A stretch of DNA of 64,000 nt from Parcubacteria group bacterium. GTDB taxonomy: Bacteria; Patescibacteriota; Minisyncoccia; Moranbacterales; UBA9337. The stretch is taken from the NCBI GenBank assembly GCA_041662245.1, contig JBAZSW010000001.1, positions 119,757 through 183,756 on the forward strand. Reading direction: 5' to 3'. The translations under genes and the position numbers were made by a program. Under the pieces are notes generated by a model. The model did not search any database. It was given only the letters and a program-made list of their open reading frames with translations, and had not been told where the DNA came from. Of the stretch, positions 1 to 10,094 are shown piece by piece (within the stretch, counting starts at the first letter, position 1; the number at the start of each line of letters is the position of its first letter).

Positions 1-611
1 CTGAAAGCAATGTAAGTATGGAGCCCAATTCCAAAAATAAGGCCAGACATTGCAAAGCAAAAATATGATCGGAAGGCGGAACCTTTTAAAAGGTTTTTGT
101 TACTATTTTTAGTGCTATAAATAATTTTGTTATATCTGATGCCACAAAACAGATAGTAAAAGGAAAAGGCCAAGACGGTCGGGAGAATATTGGCGCGGAA
201 AGAAATTCGAGAAAAATTTATCGCCCAAAATGAAAAAGCTACAAAAAAGGCAGCCAAAAGGCCTGCTCTTTGGCTGCGAAAAAGTTCTTTGGTTAATAGG
301 TAAGTGCCTAAAACGGTGAGAGTGCCAAATATTATAGAAGGAAATTTGAGTCCCAGAATGGTTACTCCAAAAATTTGAAAGGAAAAAGAAATTAAATTCA
401 TCATCAAACCCTCGCGTCCATTATTAGCAGTATAAAACCATTGATAATTTCCCGTAGAAGAAGCATCCAGTGCATCTATGCCGTTGACAGCTTCGTCGGG
501 ATAAACTCCACTAGGAACGTTTTCGATGTTATAGATACGGAGAATGAAGGCAAACATTACAATAATCAATAATAAAAACAGATTTAGTATTCTTTGGTTT
601 TTGAATTTCAT
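1..611 (-). CDS. Partial CDS (N-terminal part; continues beyond window start): polytopic membrane glycosyltransferase, GT-C family 39/ArnT/PMT-like
   Basis: Minus-strand ATG at 611-609 followed by an open frame to position 1. Hand translation gives MKFKNQRILNLFLLLIIVMFAFILRIYNIENVPSGVYPDEAVNGIDALDASSTGNYQWFYTANNGREGLMMNLISFSFQIFGVTILGLKFPSIIFGTLTVLGTYLLTKELFRSQRAGLLAAFFVAFSF... The TM-rich sequence with an acidic first loop is typical of GT39/GT83 enzymes. It is absent from the ORF track only because no stop lies in the window. Confidence 0.5.
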   Translation of the reverse strand, partial: MKFKNQRILNLFLLLIIVMFAFILRIYNIENVPSGVYPDEAVNGIDALDASSTGNYQWFYTANNGREGLMMNLISFSFQIFGVTILGLKFPSIIFGTLTVLGTYLLTKELFRSQRAGLLAAFFVAFSFWAINFSRISFRANILPTVLAFSFYYLFCGIRYNKIIYSTKNSNKNLLKGSAFRSYFCFAMSGLIFGIGLHTYIAF

Positions 612-731
612 TTTATTGTTTGTTATTCTTTTTAGAAAGATTTTTTATAATTATATAATAACAGTTTTTGTTGAATTGATAAAGTCGTGTTATAATTTAT
701 CTAGATATAAATAACTTTTTATTTTTTTGGT

Positions 732-2186
732 ATGGGAAAAAATATGGAAGATTTGCCTGAGTCTTCTCCTCTGGTGGAGAATATTGAAAGAAAAACAAAA
801 ATAAAAGAAAGCATCGGCAAAGATAAAATTAAAGAGGTGGTAGAATCCTTGGACTCGCAAGAAATCGCTTCAAACGAGAAAGAAAAAGAAATAACGCAAA
901 TCTATAAAGCAGATTCTTTTAATGATGAATTGGCAAGAGGACTAGAGGAAGAATTCTTAAATGGAAATGACTTGACTGATGATGAAGTTGCATATAATGG
1001 GAAAAATGAAAATGTTATTGACGTCGAACGGCTTTCTCCTGCAAATAAATATTCAGACGCTACGATTAAAAAAGCAGTCAATGATAAGAAATTTGCCCAA
1101 GACTTAGCAGATCATGAAATAGCAGGGGAAATTGCTGACATAGAGAAAGCCAGTGAAAGAAATAAAAAAGAGTTGAAAGTGGATATTGAAAAATTCAAAA
1201 AAGAATTGCCTACTGTCTTTAATGAGATTAGAAAAAAATTTATTAGTTTTCATAAAAAGTTTTCTGGTTCTGAAGAAGGAAAGCTTTTTACGGATAAATT
1301 GGAAGGGACGATTAATGGTTATGCTCAAAAAATTCATGAGTTTGATGTGATTGATATTTATGATACTAAAACTCTTACAAAGATAAATCAATTGCATCAT
1401 GAAATGGAAATATGGCTTGATAAGAATTGGGATGAACTGTACGAAAGAAAGGTAGGGAGAGGCGCTTTTAAAAAAGAAACTGAAACTGAATCTGTTCTGG
1501 AGGATTTAAATCTAGATGATTTGCATGGAAATGATAGTTTTGCGACTGAAAGGATTAAAAAAGCGGAGCAAAACAAGAAAATTGATAAGATTGAATCAAA
1601 AGATGAGGAAAAAATTAATCAAAAAAACCTTTCTGAGGAAGAGCGGATAGAATTAGTATCATTGATTAGTGAGAAATGGGCAGATGTCGAAAGAGGCTAT
1701 AATGATTTGATGAAAAAGTTTTATGATTTTCGTAAAAGCAATGAAGGCGAAATTAAATATCATAAATTATTATTTAAAAAAACCTTGGATATAAATGAAA
1801 AGAAGGTGACTCTAAAAAAAGTTATTAACGGAAATATTCAAATAAATCAGGAATTATTAAATGATTTAATAGATTTGGACAAGGATATAATTGAATTTAT
1901 AAGTTCAGATTGGGATAGGGAATTAAAAGAATTTAAAGGTGAAATTGAATTTACTCCGGAAGAAAAAGAAATTATAAAAAATGTAGCGGAGGCTTTTGGA
2001 AATTTTATGGATAGTTTAAAAGAAAAAAGTTCATGGGATGAATATGATGCTACGGAAAAAGAAACTGTTTTAAAAATTTTAACCAGTGTAGAGATAAAGA
2101 AAACAATCAAAGAGATGGGAATCGCTGAATATAAAATTAAGCAATTTGCCAATAGTGTTATGGATATTATTTTAACCAAAAAATAA
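732..2186 (+). CDS. Hypothetical Lys/Glu-rich coiled-coil protein (484 aa), first gene of T4SS-like cluster
   Basis: Long ORF with highly charged K/E/D composition and no TM segment. Same strand as, and tightly spaced with, the downstream large protein and the VirB4-like ATPase. Confidence 0.5.
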   Translation: MGKNMEDLPESSPLVENIERKTKIKESIGKDKIKEVVESLDSQEIASNEKEKEITQIYKADSFNDELARGLEEEFLNGNDLTDDEVAYNGKNENVIDVERLSPANKYSDATIKKAVNDKKFAQDLADHEIAGEIADIEKASERNKKELKVDIEKFKKELPTVFNEIRKKFISFHKKFSGSEEGKLFTDKLEGTINGYAQKIHEFDVIDIYDTKTLTKINQLHHEMEIWLDKNWDELYERKVGRGAFKKETETESVLEDLNLDDLHGNDSFATERIKKAEQNKKIDKIESKDEEKINQKNLSEEERIELVSLISEKWADVERGYNDLMKKFYDFRKSNEGEIKYHKLLFKKTLDINEKKVTLKKVINGNIQINQELLNDLIDLDKDIIEFISSDWDRELKEFKGEIEFTPEEKEIIKNVAEAFGNFMDSLKEKSSWDEYDATEKETVLKILTSVEIKKTIKEMGIAEYKIKQFANSVMDIILTKK

Positions 2187-2193
2187 AATTAAA

Positions 2194-5100
2194 ATGGAAA
2201 AAGATAATTTAGATCCAAGAAAAGTAGCGGAAAACTTGGGTGATGAGATTAGAAAAAATTTGAAAAATAAAAACGTTTCAACTGAGGCGGTTTTTGAGGG
2301 TGAGCAGAAAGAAGCTTCAGCGAAAAAAGATCCGATTATGACATCCGAAGATGAATTAAAAACAGGCCTAGATGAAGCACAGACTTCCAATAAAAAACCC
2401 AAGAAAGAAGAACTGACGTCAGAGGAGAAAGAAAAAGTTTATAAGTTGAAGAAAGATTTGGAAGATATTTTTAAAAGAAAAGAATTTGAAAATTATAAAA
2501 AAAAGAATCCGGATAGATTGGCGGAATACATCAGGCAGATAACAAGACAGGCGGAAAATAATATTAAAAAGGAGAAAGAATGGGATGCTTTAGATATCTT
2601 ATTGGATAAAGCTAAAAAAAGTAAGGCAACTACGCTAATCAGAATTTTGGAGGAAATAAAAAATAATAGGGGAACGGAAAAAATAAAAGAAAATTGGACA
2701 TTGGAAGAAATAAACGAAAGATTAAAATCAGCCGGTGCTGAAGATGAAGATATTAAATACTTTTTTACACTAATTAAAAAAGATAGATTAGATTTTCTTA
2801 ATTCAAATGATGAGGATCTGAGATTTAGAATTGGAAAATTAAAAGAAATGAGAGAAAGTGATAAAACAAGGCAAGAAAGTGCTGAAAATCAGGAAGAAAA
2901 AGTCGAAAAAGAGATGTTATCAACTGAAAATAATGACGAGGAAAAAGAAGTGGAAAATAGAAGAGTGTTGAAATATCTAGGAGGAGAAGTAGAAAGGTGT
3001 CGAAAAGAATACGTTAAAAAAGAAGATGAAGTGGGGGTTAAAATTTCTCGACTCAAAAATTTCTTTCGAAATCTTATTTCTATTGATAAAACTTATGAAA
3101 TTGAGAAAGAATTAGAAACTTACAAAGAAGAATATGAGAGAGCTCTGAAAAATCATTTGGAGGCGGTAGTTGATATTTTGGGTATTTCTAGCGAAGAAGA
3201 GCTAAAAAATTTACTTAATTATACTAAATTTGAAGAAAAACTGAATTTAATAAACGCCAAGGAGGATTTAAAATTTGAAAATGATCCTCGTTTGGAAAGT
3301 TTTAAGATACATTTTAAATCATGGGCAGTGGGCGCCTTGGAAGGCTACAAAAATTTGTTAGCCAAACCTCGAGAATTAATTACACAAAAAACTGGTTCAA
3401 AAATAAAAGGATTTGCTGGTGGAATGATCGCAGTGGGAGGAGCGATGGCATTTGCAAGCAATTATATTCCTGGACTAAGAAATGTGACCGTTCCCCTGAG
3501 TGTAGCGATAGCAACCATGGGATTTCAAAAAAGAGCTCAAGAAAAAGTTGAAATTGAAAAAGGGCAGTCTTTGGAAAGAGGGTTGGCAGATTTGCAAACT
3601 AGATTGGCGGGAATGGATGATAATCTAAAAAAAGAAATTCTTAAAAGAGAATTAGGAATGGAAATAAAAGATATTCCCGAAAAAGTTATTCGAGAAACAG
3701 AAGAAAAATATAAAAGATATTTATATTCTTTTGGTAAGGCTGTAGCCGTGAGTACTTTTTTCTATGAAGTAGGACAGTATGTCAGGGGGTATCTTTCTGG
3801 TTCGGAAACGGATCATCTCAATGAATCTATAATGAAAGACAATCTTGTGAAGGCGGGGGTTAAACTTCCTCCAACCCAAGACGAAACTTATCATATTAAT
3901 CGTCATCCAGAGGCCAATACCGCGGGAATAGCTGATGGAAGACCAGCGGGTATTCATGGAATGCAAAATCAAAAAATAATGGATGAGCCAAAAATTCCCG
4001 AAGGAGTAGCGCCTATAAAAGCAGAAACTATTCAAGAAACATTCAAAAAATTTGGAATAAAAGATTTAGATGCGAATCCTAATGAATCTCCAGAAGCTAA
4101 TCCTACCGATGCATCACATCCCGAAATTAAAAGCGACACTAATCCTACAAAAAGTGAAGAATTAGATAGCAAGGAGGGTGGAACGAGCGAGGAAATTAAT
4201 GTTTCAGAAAACAACGAAGATATTTTTAAAAATGAAGCACTAGAAACGCCAGAAATAAAGAGGACAGAATTTTCTGGTATTGAGTTGAATAACTCTAATA
4301 ATGGAGAATTGATAATAAAACAAAAGGATAGTGTTATCGGTACCATTGCCAAATTTTTAGAAAAAAATAGCGACAAATTGACAGAGGGGAAAATGGGTTT
4401 TGATCCAGCTAAATATTCCGGAGCAACCCTAGAAGAAAAAATTCATAGTTGGTCACAGATAAGAGCCAATGCTATCGCTAAAGAATTTGCTCGTGCTAAT
4501 AGTGAATATAATTTAAATAAAGTATCAGATGGTTCAAGCATCGCTTTAAATCTAAATAATTTAGCTGATATAAAAATCGAGCATCTCAATGATCAATATC
4601 ATTTAGGAGGAGAAGCTGTCTCTCAAGAAATTCCGATAAGCGCAACTGATAATGCAGAGAGGTTAATAGAGGTAAAAGAAACTATTAGATTAGAAAATGC
4701 CACTAAGGATGAAATGGAATTAGTTCATAAAATAGGATTAACTCCCAAAGAATATGCGGATTTGAATGACAAATCGGTGATAAATTTTCTTGATTCTAAA
4801 AATTCTGATAATCCCATTGATTCCAGTGCTCAATTAAAAAATATTCTTAAATATTTGATTAAAGAGGGATCAATTAACAATGTAAATAGTAGTGTTTCAG
4901 ACGCGATTAGAAGCTTGGATGAGCATTCCTTGGGAAAAATATTTGATAAGAGCAGTCAAATATTTACCCCCGATTTTTCTTTGCGAGAAGATTTTAATTA
5001 CAGTGAATATGTGGGAGAAGTGGTTAAAAATGAGCTATCAGAAGTGATTCGAGATAAATCTATTTTAGGTTTGGTTTTTAAGGAGATTGGCAGTATTAAA

Positions 5101-5301
5101 GGAAATATAATAAGCAGTGAGCCTACGGGTGGAATTTTTGATTCATTTAAGCAAGTGGCAGAAAAAACGCTTGGAGTGGAAAATATAAGGTCAAGAAACG
5201 ATGACACGGTGGCTAAATATGTGGTAAAATCATTTAAACGAGCCTATGAATTGGGGAAATTGGATGAACTTAAATTGGCACTAAAAAATATCAAAAAATA
5301 A
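2194..5301 (+). CDS. Hypothetical large protein (1035 aa) with central hydrophobic hairpin
   Basis: Starts 8 nt after the previous gene. Charged coiled-coil N-terminal half. Gly/Ala-rich hydrophobic segment GFAGGMIAVGGAMAFASNYIPGLRNVTVPLSVAIATMGF in the middle. No recognisable catalytic motif. Confidence 0.5.
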   Translation: MEKDNLDPRKVAENLGDEIRKNLKNKNVSTEAVFEGEQKEASAKKDPIMTSEDELKTGLDEAQTSNKKPKKEELTSEEKEKVYKLKKDLEDIFKRKEFENYKKKNPDRLAEYIRQITRQAENNIKKEKEWDALDILLDKAKKSKATTLIRILEEIKNNRGTEKIKENWTLEEINERLKSAGAEDEDIKYFFTLIKKDRLDFLNSNDEDLRFRIGKLKEMRESDKTRQESAENQEEKVEKEMLSTENNDEEKEVENRRVLKYLGGEVERCRKEYVKKEDEVGVKISRLKNFFRNLISIDKTYEIEKELETYKEEYERALKNHLEAVVDILGISSEEELKNLLNYTKFEEKLNLINAKEDLKFENDPRLESFKIHFKSWAVGALEGYKNLLAKPRELITQKTGSKIKGFAGGMIAVGGAMAFASNYIPGLRNVTVPLSVAIATMGFQKRAQEKVEIEKGQSLERGLADLQTRLAGMDDNLKKEILKRELGMEIKDIPEKVIRETEEKYKRYLYSFGKAVAVSTFFYEVGQYVRGYLSGSETDHLNESIMKDNLVKAGVKLPPTQDETYHINRHPEANTAGIADGRPAGIHGMQNQKIMDEPKIPEGVAPIKAETIQETFKKFGIKDLDANPNESPEANPTDASHPEIKSDTNPTKSEELDSKEGGTSEEINVSENNEDIFKNEALETPEIKRTEFSGIELNNSNNGELIIKQKDSVIGTIAKFLEKNSDKLTEGKMGFDPAKYSGATLEEKIHSWSQIRANAIAKEFARANSEYNLNKVSDGSSIALNLNNLADIKIEHLNDQYHLGGEAVSQEIPISATDNAERLIEVKETIRLENATKDEMELVHKIGLTPKEYADLNDKSVINFLDSKNSDNPIDSSAQLKNILKYLIKEGSINNVNSSVSDAIRSLDEHSLGKIFDKSSQIFTPDFSLREDFNYSEYVGEVVKNELSEVIRDKSILGLVFKEIGSIKGNIISSEPTGGIFDSFKQVAEKTLGVENIRSRNDDTVAKYVVKSFKRAYELGKLDELKLALKNIKK

Positions 5302-5321
5302 TCATTAATAAAATTAATTAT

Positions 5322-5624
5322 ATGGCTACTAAAAATCAAGATAAAATTAAAAAAGATATAATGTTGGATTTGGGAATGGATAAATTGCCAGAAGATAAAC
5401 AAGATGAGATTTTGGCTAAGATTGGAGAAATAATTTTAAAAAAAATATTTATTGAGACTATTGATAGACTGGATGAGGGTGATGCCAACGAATTTAAAAA
5501 AATGCTTGAAGATGGCAGTGATTCAGATAGTATCGAAAAATTTTTAAGCGCTAGAATTGAGAATTATGATGTGATAATAGAAAAAATTGTAGCAGAAGTA
5601 AAATCAGATATAAAAAATGGTTAA
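5322..5624 (+). CDS. Small acidic hypothetical protein (100 aa)
   Basis: ORF in operon context between the large proteins and the ATPase. No motif recognised. Confidence 0.4.
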   Translation: MATKNQDKIKKDIMLDLGMDKLPEDKQDEILAKIGEIILKKIFIETIDRLDEGDANEFKKMLEDGSDSDSIEKFLSARIENYDVIIEKIVAEVKSDIKNG

Positions 5625-5644
5625 TAATTTTAAATAATAAAAAT

Positions 5645-6106
5645 ATGCCTGATGAAAAAACAATAGATTTGAATTTGGAGCCCGTTAGTGATGATGATTT
5701 TGATTTATCTAAAAAATTCGGTCATATTGAAAAAAATCAAATAGGGTCAGTGGGCAACAAAAAAGAAGGGATTCCCTCAGTAACAGAGAAGGAAAAAGCT
5801 CAGGAAATTTCTCCAGCAGAAAAAGAATCTGCGTATAGTAGGATTCTTTCCAAAGTTTCTCAAAAGTCAGTTAGTCCAAGGAGTGATGATATCAAAAGTG
5901 ATGCGGAAGCAGTTTCTAAAAAAATGGATGCAGATAGTCAAATTCAACATTTAGTGGATTTGGCTACAACCAAAGGAGCAATACATGCAATAAAAGTAGC
6001 TAAGCATATGGAAGACAACTATGTTTTGGATATGCTTCATGATAAAATGATCTCAGAGGAATTGCATAAAGTATTGGTAGAAAAAAATCTTATTTCTGAG
6101 GAATAA
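5645..6106 (+). CDS. Hypothetical protein (153 aa)
   Basis: ORF in the same operon. No motif recognised. Confidence 0.4.
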   Translation: MPDEKTIDLNLEPVSDDDFDLSKKFGHIEKNQIGSVGNKKEGIPSVTEKEKAQEISPAEKESAYSRILSKVSQKSVSPRSDDIKSDAEAVSKKMDADSQIQHLVDLATTKGAIHAIKVAKHMEDNYVLDMLHDKMISEELHKVLVEKNLISEE

Positions 6107-6147
6107 ATTTGAGAGTAAAAAATAAAAAAATAAACTAAAAAATAAAA

Positions 6148-8634
6148 ATGTTTGATCTTAATTCTATTTTGTTATTTCTAGTAGTTGCTTTAGGCAGTAT
6201 GTCTGCTATTAGTGGCTTGTTTTTGGTGGTGCGTAGTTTCTTTCGCTTTCGTATTCAAATAAATTATTCTATAAACATGGATTTGGAGGTTGTCAGGGTG
6301 ACAAAAACAAATAAGAAAGATGGTGCTTCTATGGGGGGTGGACAAAACGGAGAAGTCTGGAAAGAAGAAGTGGGAGCAATGGAACAGTTGCTGACCACTT
6401 TATCAAAGACTAGAGTAAATAAATCATTTTTAAATAAAATTTTTTATGACGTTCCTTGTATTTCTCTAGAAATAGCTAAACCTTCCAATAGTGAAGAAAT
6501 ATTTTTTTATGTTGCTATTCCTAGAAAATTAAGAGAAACTATTGAAAAACAAATTCACAGTTATTTTCCTAACGCTTCTATAGAAAAAATTTCGGATTAT
6601 ACTATTTTTTCTCCGGGGAGCTTTACTGCCTCTGCCGTTTTGGAATTGAAAAATAGACATGCTCTTCCGGTAAAAACGTATGTCTATATGAATGGTGATC
6701 CTCTTAATGAAATTTCTAATTCATTGAGTAAATTTAAGGCAGATGAAGAGGGAGCGTCAATTCAGTTAGTGATTACCCCTGCCAAAAGAGGTTGGCAGAC
6801 ATTGGGAAAAACAATTGCGCATAGAATGCAACAAGGAAAAAGACTTAAAGATGTGCATAGTGATTCATTGATTTCAAAAATGGGAAGCGAAATAGGAAAA
6901 GGCGCAGGTGATGTTTTAAGTACTTTGATGGCCAGTAATAAGCCAAATAATGACTTGGAAAAGAAAAATATTATTCAATTGACACCAGAAGAGCAGGAGC
7001 TTATTAAATCCATAGAGAGTAAGTCTAACAAAGCTGGTTTTAAAGTTAACATAAGACTGTTGGCTTCAGCAGATTCTCAAGGTAGAGCGGATGAAATATT
7101 GGCTCAAATAGAAAATTCTTTTTCTCAATTTGAAAATCATGGAGTTAATTATTTTAAAATTAAGAAAAGGACAAAAAATAAAGATAATTCTTTCGATTAT
7201 ATTTTTAGAAATTTTAATGATGATAATGCTATAATTCTTAATACTGAAGAGATAGCTAGTATTTTTCATTTTCCAATTTCCACTACAGAGACTCCTAAAA
7301 TTAAATGGCTTAAAGCCGGGGCGGCTCCACCGCCAATAAATATTCCTTCAGAGGGAATATTATTGGGATATAATGATTATCGAGGAGAAAAAACAGATAT
7401 AAGACTATCTGATAGCGATAGACGAAGACATCTTTATACAATTGGACAAACTGGAGTTGGAAAATCACATTTTCTTCAAGCCATGGCTAAGCAGGATGTG
7501 ATGAATGGTAAAGGAATTTGTTTTATTGATCCCCATGGGGATGCAATCGAAGATATATTAGCTGCAGTTCCGAAAGAAAGGGCGGAAGACGTAATTATTT
7601 TTAATCCAGCGGATAGTGAAAGACCCCTAGGATTAAATATGCTTGAATACGACAGACCTGAAGAGAAAAGTTTTGTGATTAATGAAATGATCAGTATTTT
7701 TGATAAATTATACGATCTAAAGCAAACAGGAGGTCCAATGTTTGAACAATATGCGAGAAACGCAATGCTTCTTGTAATGGAGCATCCTGAATCAGGCTCA
7801 ACCCTAATGGAAATTCCCAAGGTTTTAGCAGATGAAGAATTCAGAAAAATGAAATTATCTCATTGTAATAATCCGGTAGTGAGAGATTTTTGGATAAAAG
7901 AAGCAGAAAAAGCAGGAGGAGAGGCAGCTTTGGCCAATATGGTACCTTATATCACCTCTAAACTTACCACCTTTATTTCCAATGATTTGATGCGACCAAT
8001 AATTGCTCAGCAAAAAAGCGCTTTAAACTTTAGAAGTATCATGGATGAAGGAAAAATATTACTTATCAATCTTTCCAAGGGAAGAATTGGAGAAATCAAT
8101 AGTCATCTTTTGGGAATGGTGATGGTTGGCAAGATTTTAATGGCAGCTCTTTCTCGAGTAGATATGCCAGAAAATGAGCGCAAAGATTTTTATTTATATA
8201 TCGATGAGTTTCAAAATGTAACGACTGATTCAATCTCTCAAATTCTTTCAGAAGCTCGAAAATATAGATTGAATTTAATTATTGCCCATCAGTTTATCGG
8301 CCAGTTGAGCGAGGAAATATCTAAAGCGGTTTTTGGTAATGTTGGATCATTATGTGCTTTTCGAGTAGGCCCAGAAGACGCGGAATTTTTAGAAAAACAA
8401 TTTGAACCGATTTTTACTGCTAGTGATTTGATTAATGTAAATAACTATAGCGGTTTTGCTAAATTATTGATTAATAATGACACGACTAAGCCATTTAATA
8501 TAAAAACTTATCCACCTAGAGAAGGTAATAAGGAAATTTCCAAATATCTTAAAGAGATGTCTCGTTTAAAATATGGTCGAGATGCTAATATTGTTAATCG
8601 AGAGATAATGGAAAGAACTAAATTTAGAACTTAA
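6148..8634 (+). CDS. VirB4/TraE/TrbE-like conjugative/type IV secretion ATPase (AAA_10/HerA-DUF87-like), N-terminal TM segments (VirB3-VirB4 fusion-like)
   Basis: N-terminal TM segment LFLVVALGSMSAISGLFLVV. Walker A HLYTIGQTGVGKSH followed by the FIDPHGD motif characteristic of HerA/VirB4-family ATPases. Walker B-like LYIDEFQNV. The gene is immediately followed by a VirB2/TrbC-like pilin gene. Confidence 0.7.
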   Translation: MFDLNSILLFLVVALGSMSAISGLFLVVRSFFRFRIQINYSINMDLEVVRVTKTNKKDGASMGGGQNGEVWKEEVGAMEQLLTTLSKTRVNKSFLNKIFYDVPCISLEIAKPSNSEEIFFYVAIPRKLRETIEKQIHSYFPNASIEKISDYTIFSPGSFTASAVLELKNRHALPVKTYVYMNGDPLNEISNSLSKFKADEEGASIQLVITPAKRGWQTLGKTIAHRMQQGKRLKDVHSDSLISKMGSEIGKGAGDVLSTLMASNKPNNDLEKKNIIQLTPEEQELIKSIESKSNKAGFKVNIRLLASADSQGRADEILAQIENSFSQFENHGVNYFKIKKRTKNKDNSFDYIFRNFNDDNAIILNTEEIASIFHFPISTTETPKIKWLKAGAAPPPINIPSEGILLGYNDYRGEKTDIRLSDSDRRRHLYTIGQTGVGKSHFLQAMAKQDVMNGKGICFIDPHGDAIEDILAAVPKERAEDVIIFNPADSERPLGLNMLEYDRPEEKSFVINEMISIFDKLYDLKQTGGPMFEQYARNAMLLVMEHPESGSTLMEIPKVLADEEFRKMKLSHCNNPVVRDFWIKEAEKAGGEAALANMVPYITSKLTTFISNDLMRPIIAQQKSALNFRSIMDEGKILLINLSKGRIGEINSHLLGMVMVGKILMAALSRVDMPENERKDFYLYIDEFQNVTTDSISQILSEARKYRLNLIIAHQFIGQLSEEISKAVFGNVGSLCAFRVGPEDAEFLEKQFEPIFTASDLINVNNYSGFAKLLINNDTTKPFNIKTYPPREGNKEISKYLKEMSRLKYGRDANIVNREIMERTKFRT

Positions 8635-8653
8635 TAATTTATCTATAAAAAAT

Positions 8654-9067
8654 ATGAAAATTAAAATTTTAATCGGAGGTATTTTTTTTATTAGTTTAAT
8701 TTTGGTGGCTAATTTATCTCTGGCGGCTTATACTCCGTTGGAAGAAATTCCCGGAACCACAGGAACGTCTGCTATTAATACTTTTCCTACGTATGTTAAT
8801 GCTGTTTATAAATTTGCGATTTGGTCAGTGGGAATTGCCGCTTTACTGATGATTTCCATTGGTGGTTTTATGTACTTTACAGCAGCGGGAAATACTTCTA
8901 AGATGGAAGGTGGAAAGAAAATTGTCACTGATGCCTTGTTTGGATTGATAGCTGTGATGGTAGCTTGGGTAGTATTAAACACCATTAACCCCAATTTAAC
9001 TAATATTTCCCTAAAAAGTGTTACTGACCTTAGTTCATCTTCTTCACAACTAAAATCATCACACTAA
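8654..9067 (+). CDS. VirB2/TrbC-like pilin (T4SS pilin-like, two TM helices)
   Basis: 137 aa. N-terminal signal/TM segment IGGIFFISLILVANLSLAAYTP. Second hydrophobic helix AIWSVGIAALLMISIGGFMYF, then LFGLIAVMVAWVVL. This size and topology are typical of TrbC/VirB2 pilins and of the pilin genes next to VirB4 in CPR genomes. Confidence 0.6.
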   Translation: MKIKILIGGIFFISLILVANLSLAAYTPLEEIPGTTGTSAINTFPTYVNAVYKFAIWSVGIAALLMISIGGFMYFTAAGNTSKMEGGKKIVTDALFGLIAVMVAWVVLNTINPNLTNISLKSVTDLSSSSSQLKSSH

Positions 9068-9077
9068 AATAAGATTT

Positions 9078-10085
9078 ATGTTTCAAATAATTTGCATTGG
9101 TTCATCTTCAAAAGATATTTTTTTTCCTACTGATGAGGGTTTGATTTTTGATACTCCTGAGGATATCACAGCCCAAAAAAAAATAGCTTTTGAATTAGGA
9201 GCCAAATATCAGATAGCAGAAATTTTTGAAGCTCCGGGAGGATGCGCAGCCAATGTAGCTCAAGGCTTAGCGAGATTGGGGATAAAAACTGCTTGTTATA
9301 CTAAGATTGGTAAAGATGAAATTGGGAGATGGATTAAAAAAGAGTTAAAAAGAGAAAAAGTTAATACCAGATTGTTACAAATAGATAAAAAATGCAAAAG
9401 CGATTTGTCATCTATAATTGTAGATAAAAAAACTGGGGAGCATGTAATATTCTTTAATCGAGAATCTAACACTAAATTGGAGATAATTCCCAAGAAGATA
9501 AAAAATACTCAGAGAATATTTGTCAGCGCCTTAAATGGTGAGTGGGAAAAGCACATAGATGCTGTTATGGAAGTAGCTGAAAAAAATAATATTAAAATAA
9601 TATTTAACCCTGGACAAAGAAATATCAAGGATAATCCAAAAAAAGTTTTAGAGATAATAAAAAAATCAGAAGTAGTCGTTTTAAATAAAGATGAGGCGAT
9701 TGAAATTTTGTTAGGGAACAATGTAGAAATAGAGAATGAGAAATTAAATGATGAAATTTTTCTGTTAAAAAACATAGCTAACTTCAGCCATGGGGTAATC
9801 GCTTTGACCGATGGGGAAAGGGGTTGTTGGGTGATCTATAATAACGAAGTATTTTTTTCTAAGGTAATTGTAGATAGTCCTGTGGATACTTTGGGTGCGG
9901 GTGATTCTTTTTCGAGCGGGTTTTTGGCAGGCTATATTGCAGGAAAGAACATAGAAGAGTCTTTAAAAATGGGAATGGCCAATAGTGCTAATGTAATTTT
10001 ATATTATGGTGCCAAGCAAGGATTACTGGCCAAGAATAATGTAGCTGATTTTACACAAAAAATTAAAGTGGAAAAATTAAAATAA
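9078..10085 (+). CDS. PfkB-family carbohydrate/nucleoside kinase (ribokinase-like)
   Basis: N-terminal GG motif region APGGCAANVAQGLARLG and C-terminal anion-hole motif DTLGAGDSFSSGFLAGY, both characteristic of the PfkB family. Confidence 0.75.
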   Translation: MFQIICIGSSSKDIFFPTDEGLIFDTPEDITAQKKIAFELGAKYQIAEIFEAPGGCAANVAQGLARLGIKTACYTKIGKDEIGRWIKKELKREKVNTRLLQIDKKCKSDLSSIIVDKKTGEHVIFFNRESNTKLEIIPKKIKNTQRIFVSALNGEWEKHIDAVMEVAEKNNIKIIFNPGQRNIKDNPKKVLEIIKKSEVVVLNKDEAIEILLGNNVEIENEKLNDEIFLLKNIANFSHGVIALTDGERGCWVIYNNEVFFSKVIVDSPVDTLGAGDSFSSGFLAGYIAGKNIEESLKMGMANSANVILYYGAKQGLLAKNNVADFTQKIKVEKLK

Positions 10086-10094
10086 AATATTTTT

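Noticed and set aside
1104-2402. Minus-strand ORFs 1104-1400, 1847-2179, 2172-2402, and similar antisense ORFs inside other long genes (3721-4376, 7066-7269, 7476-7820, 8806-8994, 9296-9775, 10124-10408, 48325-48777)
   Set aside because: All are embedded antisense within well-supported longer genes and lack start signals. They are typical AT-rich antisense artefacts.
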